64,000 bases of DNA from a virus: IMG/VR virus record IMGVR_UViG_3300017779_000001; one strand, written 5' to 3'. Shown here in pieces: positions 19,376 through 28,887 of this stretch. The first letter of the stretch is position 1. The number at the start of each line of letters is the position of its first letter. The position numbers were made by a program, and so were the translations under genes. The notes beneath the pieces were generated by a model. The model made no database searches. It was not told the origin of the DNA and was given only the letters and a program-made list of their open reading frames with translations.

Positions 19376-20439
19376 AAATAGCTCTATTGAATGACACCCA
19401 TGCTGGTGTCCGTGGAGATATGGTTGCAATGTCCGAGTACCAAGGACGTTTCTATGAAGAGGTATTCTTCCCATATCTAGATGAACATAATATCAAAAAC
19501 ATAATTCACTTAGGTGATTATTTTGATAGACGTAAGTACGTAAACTTTGCAAGTCTCAAAGCAAACAAAGAACACTTCATTGAACCTATGATTGAACGTG
19601 GTATTACTATGGATTTAATCTTAGGTAACCATGACACTTACTATAAGAATACCAATGATGTAAATGCACCCGAGTTGTTATTGTTCCAAGAGAGTAATAT
19701 AAACATCATCAGTGAACCCACTACTAAAGAGTATGATGGGTTTGAGTTATCATTAGTTCCGTGGATTAATCCCGAAAATTTTGCAGACACAATTGATTAC
19801 TTACGAAACTGTACTGCAACATGGTGTATGGGTCACTTTGAAATCGAAGGTGCATTGATGATGCCTGGCGTTGCATGTACTCATGGTTTTGACCATGTAC
19901 ATTTGAAAAGGTTTGAAAAGGTTTTGAGTGGTCACTTCCATCAGAAATCAGAAGTTCAGAATATTAAATACTTGGGTTCACAGATGCAGTTCACGTGGTC
20001 AGATTTTGGAGACAACAAATACTTCCACATATTTGATACGGATACACAAGAGTTATCTCCTATATTAAATCCACTTACAATGTTTGAAAAGATATTCTAT
20101 GATGACACAGATGAAACATTCGACACTATCAAAGACAAAGACTATTCACACTTAAAAGAAAAGTTTGTAAAAATTATTGTTGTCAATAAAGACAACCCGT
20201 ATTGGTTCGATGTATTCTTAGATGAAGTACACAAACAAGAACCATTGCACTTATCAGTAGTCGATGACCACAAGAACATCGACTTACTGGACGATGATGA
20301 AATCGAGAACGTAGAGGATACTCTCACAATACTAAACAAATATGTTGACAGTATGGACATCCAAGGAAAGAAGAGACCTCTAAACGATTTAATGAAAACA
20401 TTATATAATGAAGCTTTGGATGAACACAACTATCTATGA
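19372..20439 (+). CDS. gp47: recombination nuclease gp47 (Mre11/SbcD-like)
   Basis: DTH.G, HLGDYFDRR, GNHD, SGHFH. Confidence 0.95.
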   Translation: MKIALLNDTHAGVRGDMVAMSEYQGRFYEEVFFPYLDEHNIKNIIHLGDYFDRRKYVNFASLKANKEHFIEPMIERGITMDLILGNHDTYYKNTNDVNAPELLLFQESNINIISEPTTKEYDGFELSLVPWINPENFADTIDYLRNCTATWCMGHFEIEGALMMPGVACTHGFDHVHLKRFEKVLSGHFHQKSEVQNIKYLGSQMQFTWSDFGDNKYFHIFDTDTQELSPILNPLTMFEKIFYDDTDETFDTIKDKDYSHLKEKFVKIIVVNKDNPYWFDVFLDEVHKQEPLHLSVVDDHKNIDLLDDDEIENVEDTLTILNKYVDSMDIQGKKRPLNDLMKTLYNEALDEHNYL

Positions 20440-22151
20440 TAAAATTTGAAAAGGTAAGATACAAGAATTTACTATCTTCGGGAAACACATTTACAGAAAT
20501 TAATTTAGACACACATCAAACCACATTGGTTATTGGTGAGAATGGTGCTGGTAAATCCACCATGTTAGATGCATTATGCTTTGGACTCTATGGTAAAGGG
20601 TTCAGGAATCTAAAAAAAGATTTACTTATCAACTCTATCAATCAGAGAGAATTACTTGTAGAGGTAGAATTCTCGGTTGGTAGAAAAAAGTATAAGGTAG
20701 TGAGGGGTGCAAAACCAAATCGATTTGAATTGTATCTGAATGACACACTCATCAACCAAGAGGCAAACCAAAGAGACTACCAAGAGATGTTAGAGAAGAA
20801 CATCTTGAAGATGAGTTACAGGTCTTTTACACAGGTTGCAATTCTAGGTTCTGCAAACTTCACACCTTTTATGCAATTGAAAGCAAGAGACAGACGTAAG
20901 TTAGTAGAAGACTTATTAGACATTTCTATATTCAGTACCATGAGAGATATACTTAGAAAGAAGATATCGAATCATACAGTTGAACTAAGAGACACAGACT
21001 ATGAGGTAAAGATTCTAGAGGAAAGACTTCATGGTCTTAACGAACAACTAGAAGCATTGAGAGTCAATCGAGAATCTAAAATCACTAGATATGAGAGTAC
21101 AGTAAAAGAAACACAAGACAACATCGAAGACTTGATGACAAAGATTGGGTCTAACAATGACCACATCACATCTCTAAGAAAAACAATTAGTGATGTCGAC
21201 CCACAGAAAGACAGATTAAAACAAGCAGAAGACGTTACAAGACAACTAGAAGCTGCAAGAAAGAAAGCACTTCAAGAAGTAAAATTCTATGAAGACCATG
21301 ACAATTGTCCAACATGTAAACAGGGGTTAGATGAGGAACACAAGAAGAAACACATTGAAGAGAAATCAGCAAAGGTTACAGAGGTCAAGGAGGCAGTGGT
21401 TTCACTCGACAAAACTATTAAAGAAACAAGAGAACGACTCGAAGAAATCGGAATAGTACAAGATGAGATAAACCAAGTCCAAAAAGAAATTGGTGTTACT
21501 CAAACAGAAGTCGTATCCAATCAAAAATACATTACGAAGATACAAAAAGAAATTGATTTATTGAAAAGTGAAGTCAGTGCATCTTCTGATACAGAAACAA
21601 AGATATCAGACAGTGAGGATAAACTAGAAATCCTAGAAGGTAAAAAGAAGACACTTGTTGAACAAGGTCATTACTTTGACATAGCTGGTCTACTTCTTAA
21701 AGACCAAGGTGTGAAAGAAAAGATTATCAAACAGTATATTCCAATCATGAACAAACTAATCAATAAGTATCTTGCACAAATGGAATTCTATGTCGGGTTT
21801 GAAATAGACGAAGGTTTCGAAGAGACTATCAAGTCAAGACACAGAGACGAATTCAAATACGATAACTTCTCTCAAGGTGAGAAGATGAGAATCGACCTTG
21901 CACTTTTGTTTACTTGGAGAGGTATTGCAAGAATGAAGAACAGTGTAAACACCAACCTTCTTGTTCTTGATGAAGTGTTTGACAGTTCCCTTGATGTCAA
22001 TGGTACAGATGAATTTCTAAAACTTCTTACAACACTTACAGAGAAAACAAATGCATTTATCATTTCACATAAAGGTGATGCACTCTATGATAAGTTTGAG
22101 AACGTACTACGATTTGAGAAACATAAAAACTTCAGTCGTATAGCAGAATAG
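20436..22151 (+). CDS. gp46: recombination ATPase gp46 (Rad50/SbcC-like)
   Basis: GENGAGKST, zinc hook CPTC, FSQGEKMRIDLA, LDEVFDSSLD, ISHK. Confidence 0.96.
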   Translation: MIKFEKVRYKNLLSSGNTFTEINLDTHQTTLVIGENGAGKSTMLDALCFGLYGKGFRNLKKDLLINSINQRELLVEVEFSVGRKKYKVVRGAKPNRFELYLNDTLINQEANQRDYQEMLEKNILKMSYRSFTQVAILGSANFTPFMQLKARDRRKLVEDLLDISIFSTMRDILRKKISNHTVELRDTDYEVKILEERLHGLNEQLEALRVNRESKITRYESTVKETQDNIEDLMTKIGSNNDHITSLRKTISDVDPQKDRLKQAEDVTRQLEAARKKALQEVKFYEDHDNCPTCKQGLDEEHKKKHIEEKSAKVTEVKEAVVSLDKTIKETRERLEEIGIVQDEINQVQKEIGVTQTEVVSNQKYITKIQKEIDLLKSEVSASSDTETKISDSEDKLEILEGKKKTLVEQGHYFDIAGLLLKDQGVKEKIIKQYIPIMNKLINKYLAQMEFYVGFEIDEGFEETIKSRHRDEFKYDNFSQGEKMRIDLALLFTWRGIARMKNSVNTNLLVLDEVFDSSLDVNGTDEFLKLLTTLTEKTNAFIISHKGDALYDKFENVLRFEKHKNFSRIAE

Positions 22152-22164
22152 TATAAATAGTACT

Positions 22165-23646
22165 ATGAAGAGTTTTAACGAATACCTAACAGAGACACCA
22201 CTCAATTCAAACTTTGAAGATATCTATAAGAGAAAAAACAAAGATAACTTTAATAAGAAAGCATTGTCGGGTGAACTAGAACTAGAGAATGGTGGTAAAA
22301 TGTTACCCCTAGGTAAAGATGATTATGCTCTAGAAAAAATCATGAGTGTAAGTGATGTTGGTGATTTAAAACCTGAGATAGGAAATATCAGAAAACACAT
22401 CAAATCAAATTGGGGTGTTGATAAGATATCAGATATCAGTAAAGACCTCAATGGTTTTTCTCCAGGCGAGTCGGGTAACCCAAGTGGTGAAGACTGGGAA
22501 GCTCTAATTGCAGTTGCAGTTAAAAAAGAAAGTGGAAGAACATTCGTAGAGACAGATGAGTGGAATAGAATTTCAAAGTATTGGGGAGACTGGGGTGACA
22601 GTGCAATCAAAATTGGTAATGAGTTCATCAAGAGATTTAAAATCAATGACCTAAATCAATTAGGTTCATCTACACTTCCAACATCAACACACTGGACTAA
22701 GTATGGTGCAACAAATAAGACACCAAAGACAGACTTACTACAAGACAAACATAAGATATCATTAAAGAAAGCAGGTGGTTCACAGTTGATGTCTGCTGGT
22801 AAAGAAGAAGCAATTGCAACCGTCAATGCAGCTATGATGACATTTGGTCAGACCAAAGCAGGTAAGGTTAAAATTTCATCAGTCATCGATACCCTAGAAG
22901 AAAAAATGGTTAAACTTTCTGAGAAAGGTACCGTAGGAAGTATTGAAGCCTTGAAAGGTAAGAGTAATCTAACACAAAGAGAACTAGATAGAATTGCAGA
23001 ACTAGAAGACGGACACCTTAAAGCAAACGATATCAATAATAAATTAGATGATATTTTTACTGATTTAAAATTCAAATCACATTTCTGTTTCGAAGCTGCA
23101 ACTGGTAACATTAAGTTTATGGATTCACCTGAGGGTGCATCGAACATGATGGTAGTATTTAAAGATACTGGTAAAGTGTCTGATACACTTACACTTGACA
23201 ATGCAGATAAAGCAGGAATGGTTCTTGCAAAGGGAAACAAGTTTTATGTTTCATTTAAATCTAGTAGTGGGTCTAAACCATATCTTGCACTAAGGACTTC
23301 TAAGATGACTAAGAAAGACCTTGCAAGAATGAATGAAGAAACTAAGTCATTCAAACAGATTATAAATGAAGAGATAAATAATAGTGGTATCTTCTTAACA
23401 GAAGAACTACAGCAACTAGACGAGTTTGCAATCTTTTCGAAACTTGCAAACAAAGTCAAAAACGTTGCATCCAATGTACTTAATAAAATTAAAAAAGTAT
23501 GGGAAGCTATCATGGCAAGAGTCAAGATGGCATTCAACTATATTAAGAAACTTGGAAAGATGGCAATCCGAGGATTAATGAATTTCTTTGGATTAGATAT
23601 TAAAACAGTAAAAGTGAATGGGGGAGGAAAATATCCCCTAATGTAA
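22165..23646 (+). CDS. late protein with capsid-targeting-like N-terminus; possible PD-(D/E)xK nuclease
   Basis: TATAAATA at 22152; MKSFNEYLTE; E...TPKTD...ISLKK. Confidence 0.45.
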   Translation: MKSFNEYLTETPLNSNFEDIYKRKNKDNFNKKALSGELELENGGKMLPLGKDDYALEKIMSVSDVGDLKPEIGNIRKHIKSNWGVDKISDISKDLNGFSPGESGNPSGEDWEALIAVAVKKESGRTFVETDEWNRISKYWGDWGDSAIKIGNEFIKRFKINDLNQLGSSTLPTSTHWTKYGATNKTPKTDLLQDKHKISLKKAGGSQLMSAGKEEAIATVNAAMMTFGQTKAGKVKISSVIDTLEEKMVKLSEKGTVGSIEALKGKSNLTQRELDRIAELEDGHLKANDINNKLDDIFTDLKFKSHFCFEAATGNIKFMDSPEGASNMMVVFKDTGKVSDTLTLDNADKAGMVLAKGNKFYVSFKSSSGSKPYLALRTSKMTKKDLARMNEETKSFKQIINEEINNSGIFLTEELQQLDEFAIFSKLANKVKNVASNVLNKIKKVWEAIMARVKMAFNYIKKLGKMAIRGLMNFFGLDIKTVKVNGGGKYPLM

Positions 23647-23649
23647 ATT

Positions 23650-24291
23650 ATGTATGAATTAGTAGAAGAAGCTAGTAAAGTTTTACGAACCCCACCACCA
23701 CAATTTGATTTCGACAATCCGTCTCATGACCCAAAGGAAATATCAGACAAACTGATTGAGTTATGTACACAGTATAACGGTATAGGATTATCTGCAAATC
23801 AAGTGGGATTACCCGTGAAGTGTTGTGTCATGATGACAACAGAAGGTGCAAAGATATTCTTTAACCCCGAGTTGAAAGCAGTGTCACAAGAAACAGAGTT
23901 AGAGAAAGAAGGATGTCTATCATTTCCCGACATCTATGTCTCTATCAAAAGACCAAAAATAGTCGAAGTAGAATATCAAGATGTGAATGGTGAAACACAA
24001 AGTGAACAACTACAAGGACTTGCATCAAGATGTATACAGCATGAGATTGACCATTTGAATGGAATAGTATTTCTCCAACGTGCATCAAGATTAAAACTAG
24101 AACGTGCATTGAAAGCTCGTCCTAAAGAACAAAGAAAGAGATTAGAATATGAAGCCAGACTTAAAGTTGTTGAAGAAATCAGAAGAAGAGCCGAAGAAGC
24201 TAAAGTTCATCAAGAAAGTGAACGTACTGAGTTACACTCAGAGGAAGAACCTAATACACTTCCACAAGACTCATCCGAATCTTCTAAGTAA
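23650..24291 (+). CDS. def: peptide deformylase
   Basis: GIGLSANQVG, EGCLSFP, QHEIDHLNG. Confidence 0.95.
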   Translation: MYELVEEASKVLRTPPPQFDFDNPSHDPKEISDKLIELCTQYNGIGLSANQVGLPVKCCVMMTTEGAKIFFNPELKAVSQETELEKEGCLSFPDIYVSIKRPKIVEVEYQDVNGETQSEQLQGLASRCIQHEIDHLNGIVFLQRASRLKLERALKARPKEQRKRLEYEARLKVVEEIRRRAEEAKVHQESERTELHSEEEPNTLPQDSSESSK

Positions 24292-24826
24292 TTACGACAC
24301 TGCAGAACATTACAATAATCGTAAGATAGATTTATGTAATGTCAGAACACACATGGTTCGTGATTGTATGAGATATGTGGAAATGGTTGCACTCAATGAA
24401 GTTGCAAAACACGCAAAGAATATCATGTATCCCGAACAGACGGAACTGATGAGATTCCCATTAGGAAGTCACCAACCTACCCACATTGATACCTACTCTG
24501 ATTTAAGTTCAGACGACCCCGATGCACCACCCGTATATCCACAAACAGAATGGGCTGCAATATGTTATCTCAATGATAACTATGGTGGTGGTGAACTGTG
24601 GTTTCCAAAACAAGAAGGTATTGAAGAAGAATTTGTATATACACCTGTAGCAGGAGAGATGGTAATCTTTGAAGGATTAACTTTTGAACATGGTGTAAAG
24701 AAAGTTTATAAGGCAGATAGGTACACTATACCTATGTGGTTCACGTCCAACCCTATGGACATGAGACCCGACCAACCCATGGATGTGGGTGATGATGATT
24801 ACACATCATTTAATAGAATAACTTAG
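24149..24826 (+). CDS. 2OG-Fe(II) oxygenase (prolyl-4-hydroxylase-like)
   Basis: HID, YLNDNYGGGEL.F, HGV..V....RYT; start uncertain, overlaps def. Confidence 0.85.
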   Translation: MKPDLKLLKKSEEEPKKLKFIKKVNVLSYTQRKNLIHFHKTHPNLLSNYDTAEHYNNRKIDLCNVRTHMVRDCMRYVEMVALNEVAKHAKNIMYPEQTELMRFPLGSHQPTHIDTYSDLSSDDPDAPPVYPQTEWAAICYLNDNYGGGELWFPKQEGIEEEFVYTPVAGEMVIFEGLTFEHGVKKVYKADRYTIPMWFTSNPMDMRPDQPMDVGDDDYTSFNRIT

Positions 24827-24901
24827 GGGCTATAGCTCAGTTGGGAGAGCGACTGGTTTGCAATCAGTAGGTCGTGGGTTCGATTCCCTCTAGCTCCACC
24901 A
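24826..24901 (+). tRNA. tRNA-Ala(TGC)
   Basis: Acceptor GGGGCTA/TAGCTCC with G3:U70, anticodon loop TT-TGC-AA, GTTCGA, encoded CCA. Confidence 0.95.
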
Positions 24902-24906
24902 CTTAA

Positions 24907-24996
24907 GGAAGATTGGCAGAGTGGTTGAATGCACTGGTCTTGAAAACCAGCATACCTTTATCGGTATCGAAGGTTCGAATCCTTCATCTTCCGCCA
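24907..24996 (+). tRNA. tRNA-Ser(TGA)
   Basis: GGAAGAT/ATCTTCC acceptor, CT-TGA-AA loop, long variable arm, GCCA end. Confidence 0.95.
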
Positions 24997-25004
24997 CTTT
25001 CGTG

Positions 25005-25034
25005 TTGACAGTGGGTCACACTTTTTGTTAATAT
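25005..25034 (+). promoter_or_regulatory. early promoter copy 1
   Basis: TTGACA-gtgggtcacactttttgt-TAATAT. Confidence 0.75.
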
Positions 25035-25041
25035 ACAAACC

Positions 25042-25473
25042 ATGAAGGACTTTAAAAAGAACATATTGATTGATTTTCATGGGAGAATTGCACAAAAATC
25101 TCGTATTGAAAAATATGTCAAGAATGTAATACATCATTATTGTCCTAGAATGAGAAGAATAGTCGATGTGGATATCTATATTCACAACCTATTAGATAAT
25201 GAATGTTATGGATTCTGTAGTGGTGGTAAGAACCACATTGATATAGAACTTGCAAGAGGTACATCTGAGATTGATTTTGACTTAGATTATATGATGCTCA
25301 ACCTTGCACATGAGTTGATACATGCAAAACAATTTCTGTTAGGACAACTCAGTCCTACAAACTTTAGATGGAAGACCAAAGATTATGAGGGTGTACCATA
25401 TTCAAGAACCCCATGGGAACGAGAAGCATACCGAAAAGAAGATTGGGTGTATGAAACTTTTTGGCATAACTAA
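25042..25473 (+). CDS. zinc metallopeptidase-like protein
   Basis: LAHELIHAKQ (HExxH) and PWEREAY. Confidence 0.75.
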   Translation: MKDFKKNILIDFHGRIAQKSRIEKYVKNVIHHYCPRMRRIVDVDIYIHNLLDNECYGFCSGGKNHIDIELARGTSEIDFDLDYMMLNLAHELIHAKQFLLGQLSPTNFRWKTKDYEGVPYSRTPWEREAYRKEDWVYETFWHN

Positions 25474-25476
25474 AAC

Positions 25477-25506
25477 TTGACAATGGGTCTCACTTTTTTG
25501 TATACT
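25477..25506 (+). promoter_or_regulatory. early promoter copy 2
   Basis: TTGACA-atgggtctcacttttttg-TATACT. Confidence 0.85.
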
Positions 25507-25533
25507 ATAAGAGTAATAAAGAAAGGAGATAAA

Positions 25534-25731
25534 ATGTCAAACATTCACAACGACAACATTAAAGAAGAGATTCTTTCAGATATCTATGATATGGCAGATA
25601 AAGATATTTGGAATGTAATCTTTGCAATTCAAAACGAATTTGGTATTGAGAAATTACCAAACCCTGAGGGTGGTGAACACGGGTTCATTGCAAAACTTTT
25701 TGAACTTAGATATGAAGCGAGGTGCATTTAA
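25534..25731 (+). CDS. hypothetical early protein
   Basis: AAGGAG RBS then MSNIHND; start corrected from the track. Confidence 0.65.
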   Translation: MSNIHNDNIKEEILSDIYDMADKDIWNVIFAIQNEFGIEKLPNPEGGEHGFIAKLFELRYEARCI

Positions 25732-26030
25732 TGTTAGATATGGATTACATTGAAACTGGGTTAGATACCTGTCAATATACTTTAAATGGTGTAACAACTA
25801 CTGCAATAATCACAGAGGTTACACCCCATGAAATCTCAGTAAAACCCATCAGTAGAATGGGTAAGAATGTCTATGAGACTAATTTAGACACTACGTTTAT
25901 AGGACAGACATTCTCTTCAGAATGTTATGAATATATCAACCTAGAGATATGGATGGACGGTAGAGGATGTGATAACTCTGCAATTGGTGTCAGTGGTTGT
26001 TATGAACCATACACTAGGTTGGTTGCATAA
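25731..26030 (+). CDS. hypothetical early protein
   Basis: GAGGT RBS, TAATG coupling. Confidence 0.6.
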   Translation: MLDMDYIETGLDTCQYTLNGVTTTAIITEVTPHEISVKPISRMGKNVYETNLDTTFIGQTFSSECYEYINLEIWMDGRGCDNSAIGVSGCYEPYTRLVA

Positions 26031-26215
26031 TGAATACTTATCTTAAAGAAATAACAGAATGGGATAGTAATGTTTCTAACCACACCTACATTGTAAATAA
26101 AAAAACTGAACTTGTAGGGTACATCAAGAGTGGAACTAAAGAAGAGATAATTTTTAAATCCCCTATGAAACAATTTTCAAAAGCAAGGAGGAAGTTCGTA
26201 CAAATAAAAAGTTGA
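26030..26215 (+). CDS. hypothetical early protein
   Basis: TAATG coupling; EITEW...NHTY...F.KARRKF. Confidence 0.6.
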   Translation: MNTYLKEITEWDSNVSNHTYIVNKKTELVGYIKSGTKEEIIFKSPMKQFSKARRKFVQIKS

Positions 26216-26241
26216 CAATGGGTCTCACTTTTTTGTATACT
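26212..26241 (+). promoter_or_regulatory. early promoter copy 3
   Basis: Identical to copy 2 across -35/spacer/-10. Confidence 0.85.
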
Positions 26242-26247
26242 ATAAAC

Positions 26248-28593
26248 ATGACAAATTTACTAAGAAACCAAAAAGACTCTCTTGCAAAACTAATGGCATC
26301 AGAGAACATATCAATCCAACACAAGAAGGTACCTACTGCATCATTCGATGTTAAGAACAGGGTACTTACTTGTCCTATATTTAAAGAGGATATATCTGCA
26401 GAGTTGTATGATTTATTCATGGGTCACGAAGTGTCTCATGCATTGCACACTCCATATGAGGGGTTACACTCTACACTTATTGACAATAGAGTTCTTAAAG
26501 ACTATCTCAATGTGATTGAGGATATCAGAATTGAGAAGATGATTAAGAGTAAGTTCCCAGGCTTGAGGAAGTCTTTCTTCAAAGCATACGATGAGTTGAT
26601 GCAGAAAGATTTCTTTGGTATCAGTGGTAAGAATCTAGAAGAACTATCTGCAATTGATAGAATCAATCTCTATTCTAAAGTAGGTATGAGTTCAAACGTT
26701 GTTCTAAATGATATAGAACAAGACTTCTATGACAGGTCTTTCAATGCAAAAACCTTCGAAGAGGTTGTATCAATTGCACAAGAACTATATGACTGGTCTG
26801 CAGAAAACGAGAAGGGTGATGAAGAAGAAATTGTTAATATCACTGATTTAGACGACTTCGATTGGGAAGAAAACGAAGACGGAGACTATGAAAACAATGC
26901 ACCTAGTGGTGGTGGAGATGGTGACGAAGTAGAAGAAGAGAGTGACTCAGAAACCCCCTCTAGAGGGAACGGAGAGACCTCTGAAGAGACTTCAGAAGAT
27001 ACCCTACCCGATATATCAAACAATGATAATGATGGACAGGAACCCCTGTTTGAAGATGCAGATGATGGTAATGAGGGTGGTAAAGCATCCCCGACTGCAA
27101 GGAAGTCTATTACTGAAAGAAATGCACACAATAACGAACAAATATTCCAAGTTGACAAAGAGAACTGGAAAGTCAACGACAGACTCTATACTAACATGGA
27201 TGTCAAGACTGATGAACAACTACAATACTTTTTAAAGAATGCAATCGTCAGTGTAGATGATATGGAAAAAGATATCCAAAAGTCAATTGATGAAAGTCTT
27301 AAAGATTATCAAGACAAATCTAAATCTGATTCATACTGGAATTTTGCATCATCATCTTTCAAGAAGTTAGAAGCAAAGAACAAAAAGATTGTCAATCACA
27401 TGGCAAAAGAATTTGAGATGAAGAAGTCTGCATATCTTTCTAAGAGAGCAATGTCTTCTAAGACTGGAAGAATTGACCTAACAAAACTTTCTAAGTATCA
27501 AATCTCAGAAGACATCTTCAAGAGAATGACTTACTTACCTCAAGGTAAGAATCACGGTCTCGTTGTCTTCATTGACCACAGTGGTTCAATTGCAGATACA
27601 CTATGTGACTTACTAGAACAGGCATTCATTCTAATGATGTTCTGTAAAAAAGTTAACATCCCATTCAAGATTCTATCATTCTCAGATGTTTACGGTGACG
27701 ACAATAACGAAACTGATGAAGAGAGAAGTTGGTTTAGAACTGATACTGTTAGACTACTTGAGTGGTTCTCAAGTGACATGTCCAAATCACAATACCTAAA
27801 AGCAGGTAAAGTATTCGGTGCAATTTACAATGCAAAGAAAGCTGACTCTGCATACGGTTGGTTAAACGAAAAGAAATACAATGAAATCATTGATTGGTTT
27901 GATATTGACCATGAAGGGTTTGAGTACTATGACCCATACAGCAGTGACCTAGGTCTAAAAGAATTAGACTGGTGGACTCCAAGAAAACTTGGACTAGGTG
28001 GAACACCTCTAGATGCAAGTATTGTTTGGGCAAGATACACATTACCCAAGTTACAAAAAGCATGGGGTGTTGACCTCATGAATGCAACGTTCATTACGGA
28101 TGGTTATTCACATGTCTACGATGGATTCAAGTTCGAAGGTGGTTATGGTAGAGACAAATATATCACTGATACAGTTTCAAGAAGAACCTACAAGTATGAT
28201 ATCAGTAATGAAAGTAACTTCTTAAGAACATGTAATCTAATTGACTGGATGAAATCAGAGACAGGTACAAAAGTAAATGGGTACTTCATTCTAGGTAAGA
28301 AGCAAGAATTCAACAACCTAAAAAGTTGTATCAATGATGGTTACTATTCTTACACACAGTGTGACGAAGAGTGGAAAGATATCAAAAAAACAGGTTCGGT
28401 TTTACCATGTCACGGATATGGTAAACTGTTCGTTGCACAATCAAAAGTTTTAGAAGTCACTGGGGATGATGAACTCTCAGATGAAATGGTAGGTGAGTCA
28501 AGAGCAAAATTGACCACTGCATTCAAAAGAAATCAGATGAACAAGTCGACTTCTAGATACTTAATGAATCAATTTATACAGGAGATAGCATGA
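26248..28593 (+). CDS. metallopeptidase-like + VWA protein (CobT-like)
   Basis: GHEVSHALHT, NVIEDIRIE, acidic linker, MIDAS-like FIDHSGS, GGTPL, FITDG. Confidence 0.8.
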   Translation: MTNLLRNQKDSLAKLMASENISIQHKKVPTASFDVKNRVLTCPIFKEDISAELYDLFMGHEVSHALHTPYEGLHSTLIDNRVLKDYLNVIEDIRIEKMIKSKFPGLRKSFFKAYDELMQKDFFGISGKNLEELSAIDRINLYSKVGMSSNVVLNDIEQDFYDRSFNAKTFEEVVSIAQELYDWSAENEKGDEEEIVNITDLDDFDWEENEDGDYENNAPSGGGDGDEVEEESDSETPSRGNGETSEETSEDTLPDISNNDNDGQEPLFEDADDGNEGGKASPTARKSITERNAHNNEQIFQVDKENWKVNDRLYTNMDVKTDEQLQYFLKNAIVSVDDMEKDIQKSIDESLKDYQDKSKSDSYWNFASSSFKKLEAKNKKIVNHMAKEFEMKKSAYLSKRAMSSKTGRIDLTKLSKYQISEDIFKRMTYLPQGKNHGLVVFIDHSGSIADTLCDLLEQAFILMMFCKKVNIPFKILSFSDVYGDDNNETDEERSWFRTDTVRLLEWFSSDMSKSQYLKAGKVFGAIYNAKKADSAYGWLNEKKYNEIIDWFDIDHEGFEYYDPYSSDLGLKELDWWTPRKLGLGGTPLDASIVWARYTLPKLQKAWGVDLMNATFITDGYSHVYDGFKFEGGYGRDKYITDTVSRRTYKYDISNESNFLRTCNLIDWMKSETGTKVNGYFILGKKQEFNNLKSCINDGYYSYTQCDEEWKDIKKTGSVLPCHGYGKLFVAQSKVLEVTGDDELSDEMVGESRAKLTTAFKRNQMNKSTSRYLMNQFIQEIA

Positions 28594-28820
28594 GAATTAA
28601 CACAATAGATTTAACACCAGTGTATTACACTTCAACACCCACAATGAGTTTTGCAGATGCAATTCAAAACGTGGGCCCATCTCCCTGTGAGAAGTTCAAG
28701 TGTGACAAAGTAAGTACATGTGCAACCAAAGCTGAAGAGTGTTTTGCATTTAGGATTTGGGTGAACACTGGAAAGTTTAAAGAAGATAAATTACAAAGAA
28801 TAATGAAACCTGTGAAATAG
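28590..28820 (+). CDS. small Cys-rich hypothetical protein
   Basis: C..F.C....TC......C pattern; ATGA coupling. Confidence 0.55.
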   Translation: MRINTIDLTPVYYTSTPTMSFADAIQNVGPSPCEKFKCDKVSTCATKAEECFAFRIWVNTGKFKEDKLQRIMKPVK

Positions 28821-28822
28821 GG

Positions 28823-28852
28823 TTGACAATGGGTCACACTTTTTTGTATACT
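28823..28852 (+). promoter_or_regulatory. early promoter copy 4
   Basis: TTGACA-atgggtcacacttttttg-TATACT. Confidence 0.85.
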
Positions 28853-28887
28853 AATAACTGATGAGAAAAACCAAAGGAGACTATATT

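Noticed and set aside
25477-26247. Identical N-termini MTMGLTFLYT in two track ORFs (25477, 26212)
   Set aside because: Translation of the repeated promoter (TTG of TTGACA); real starts are 25534 and 26248.
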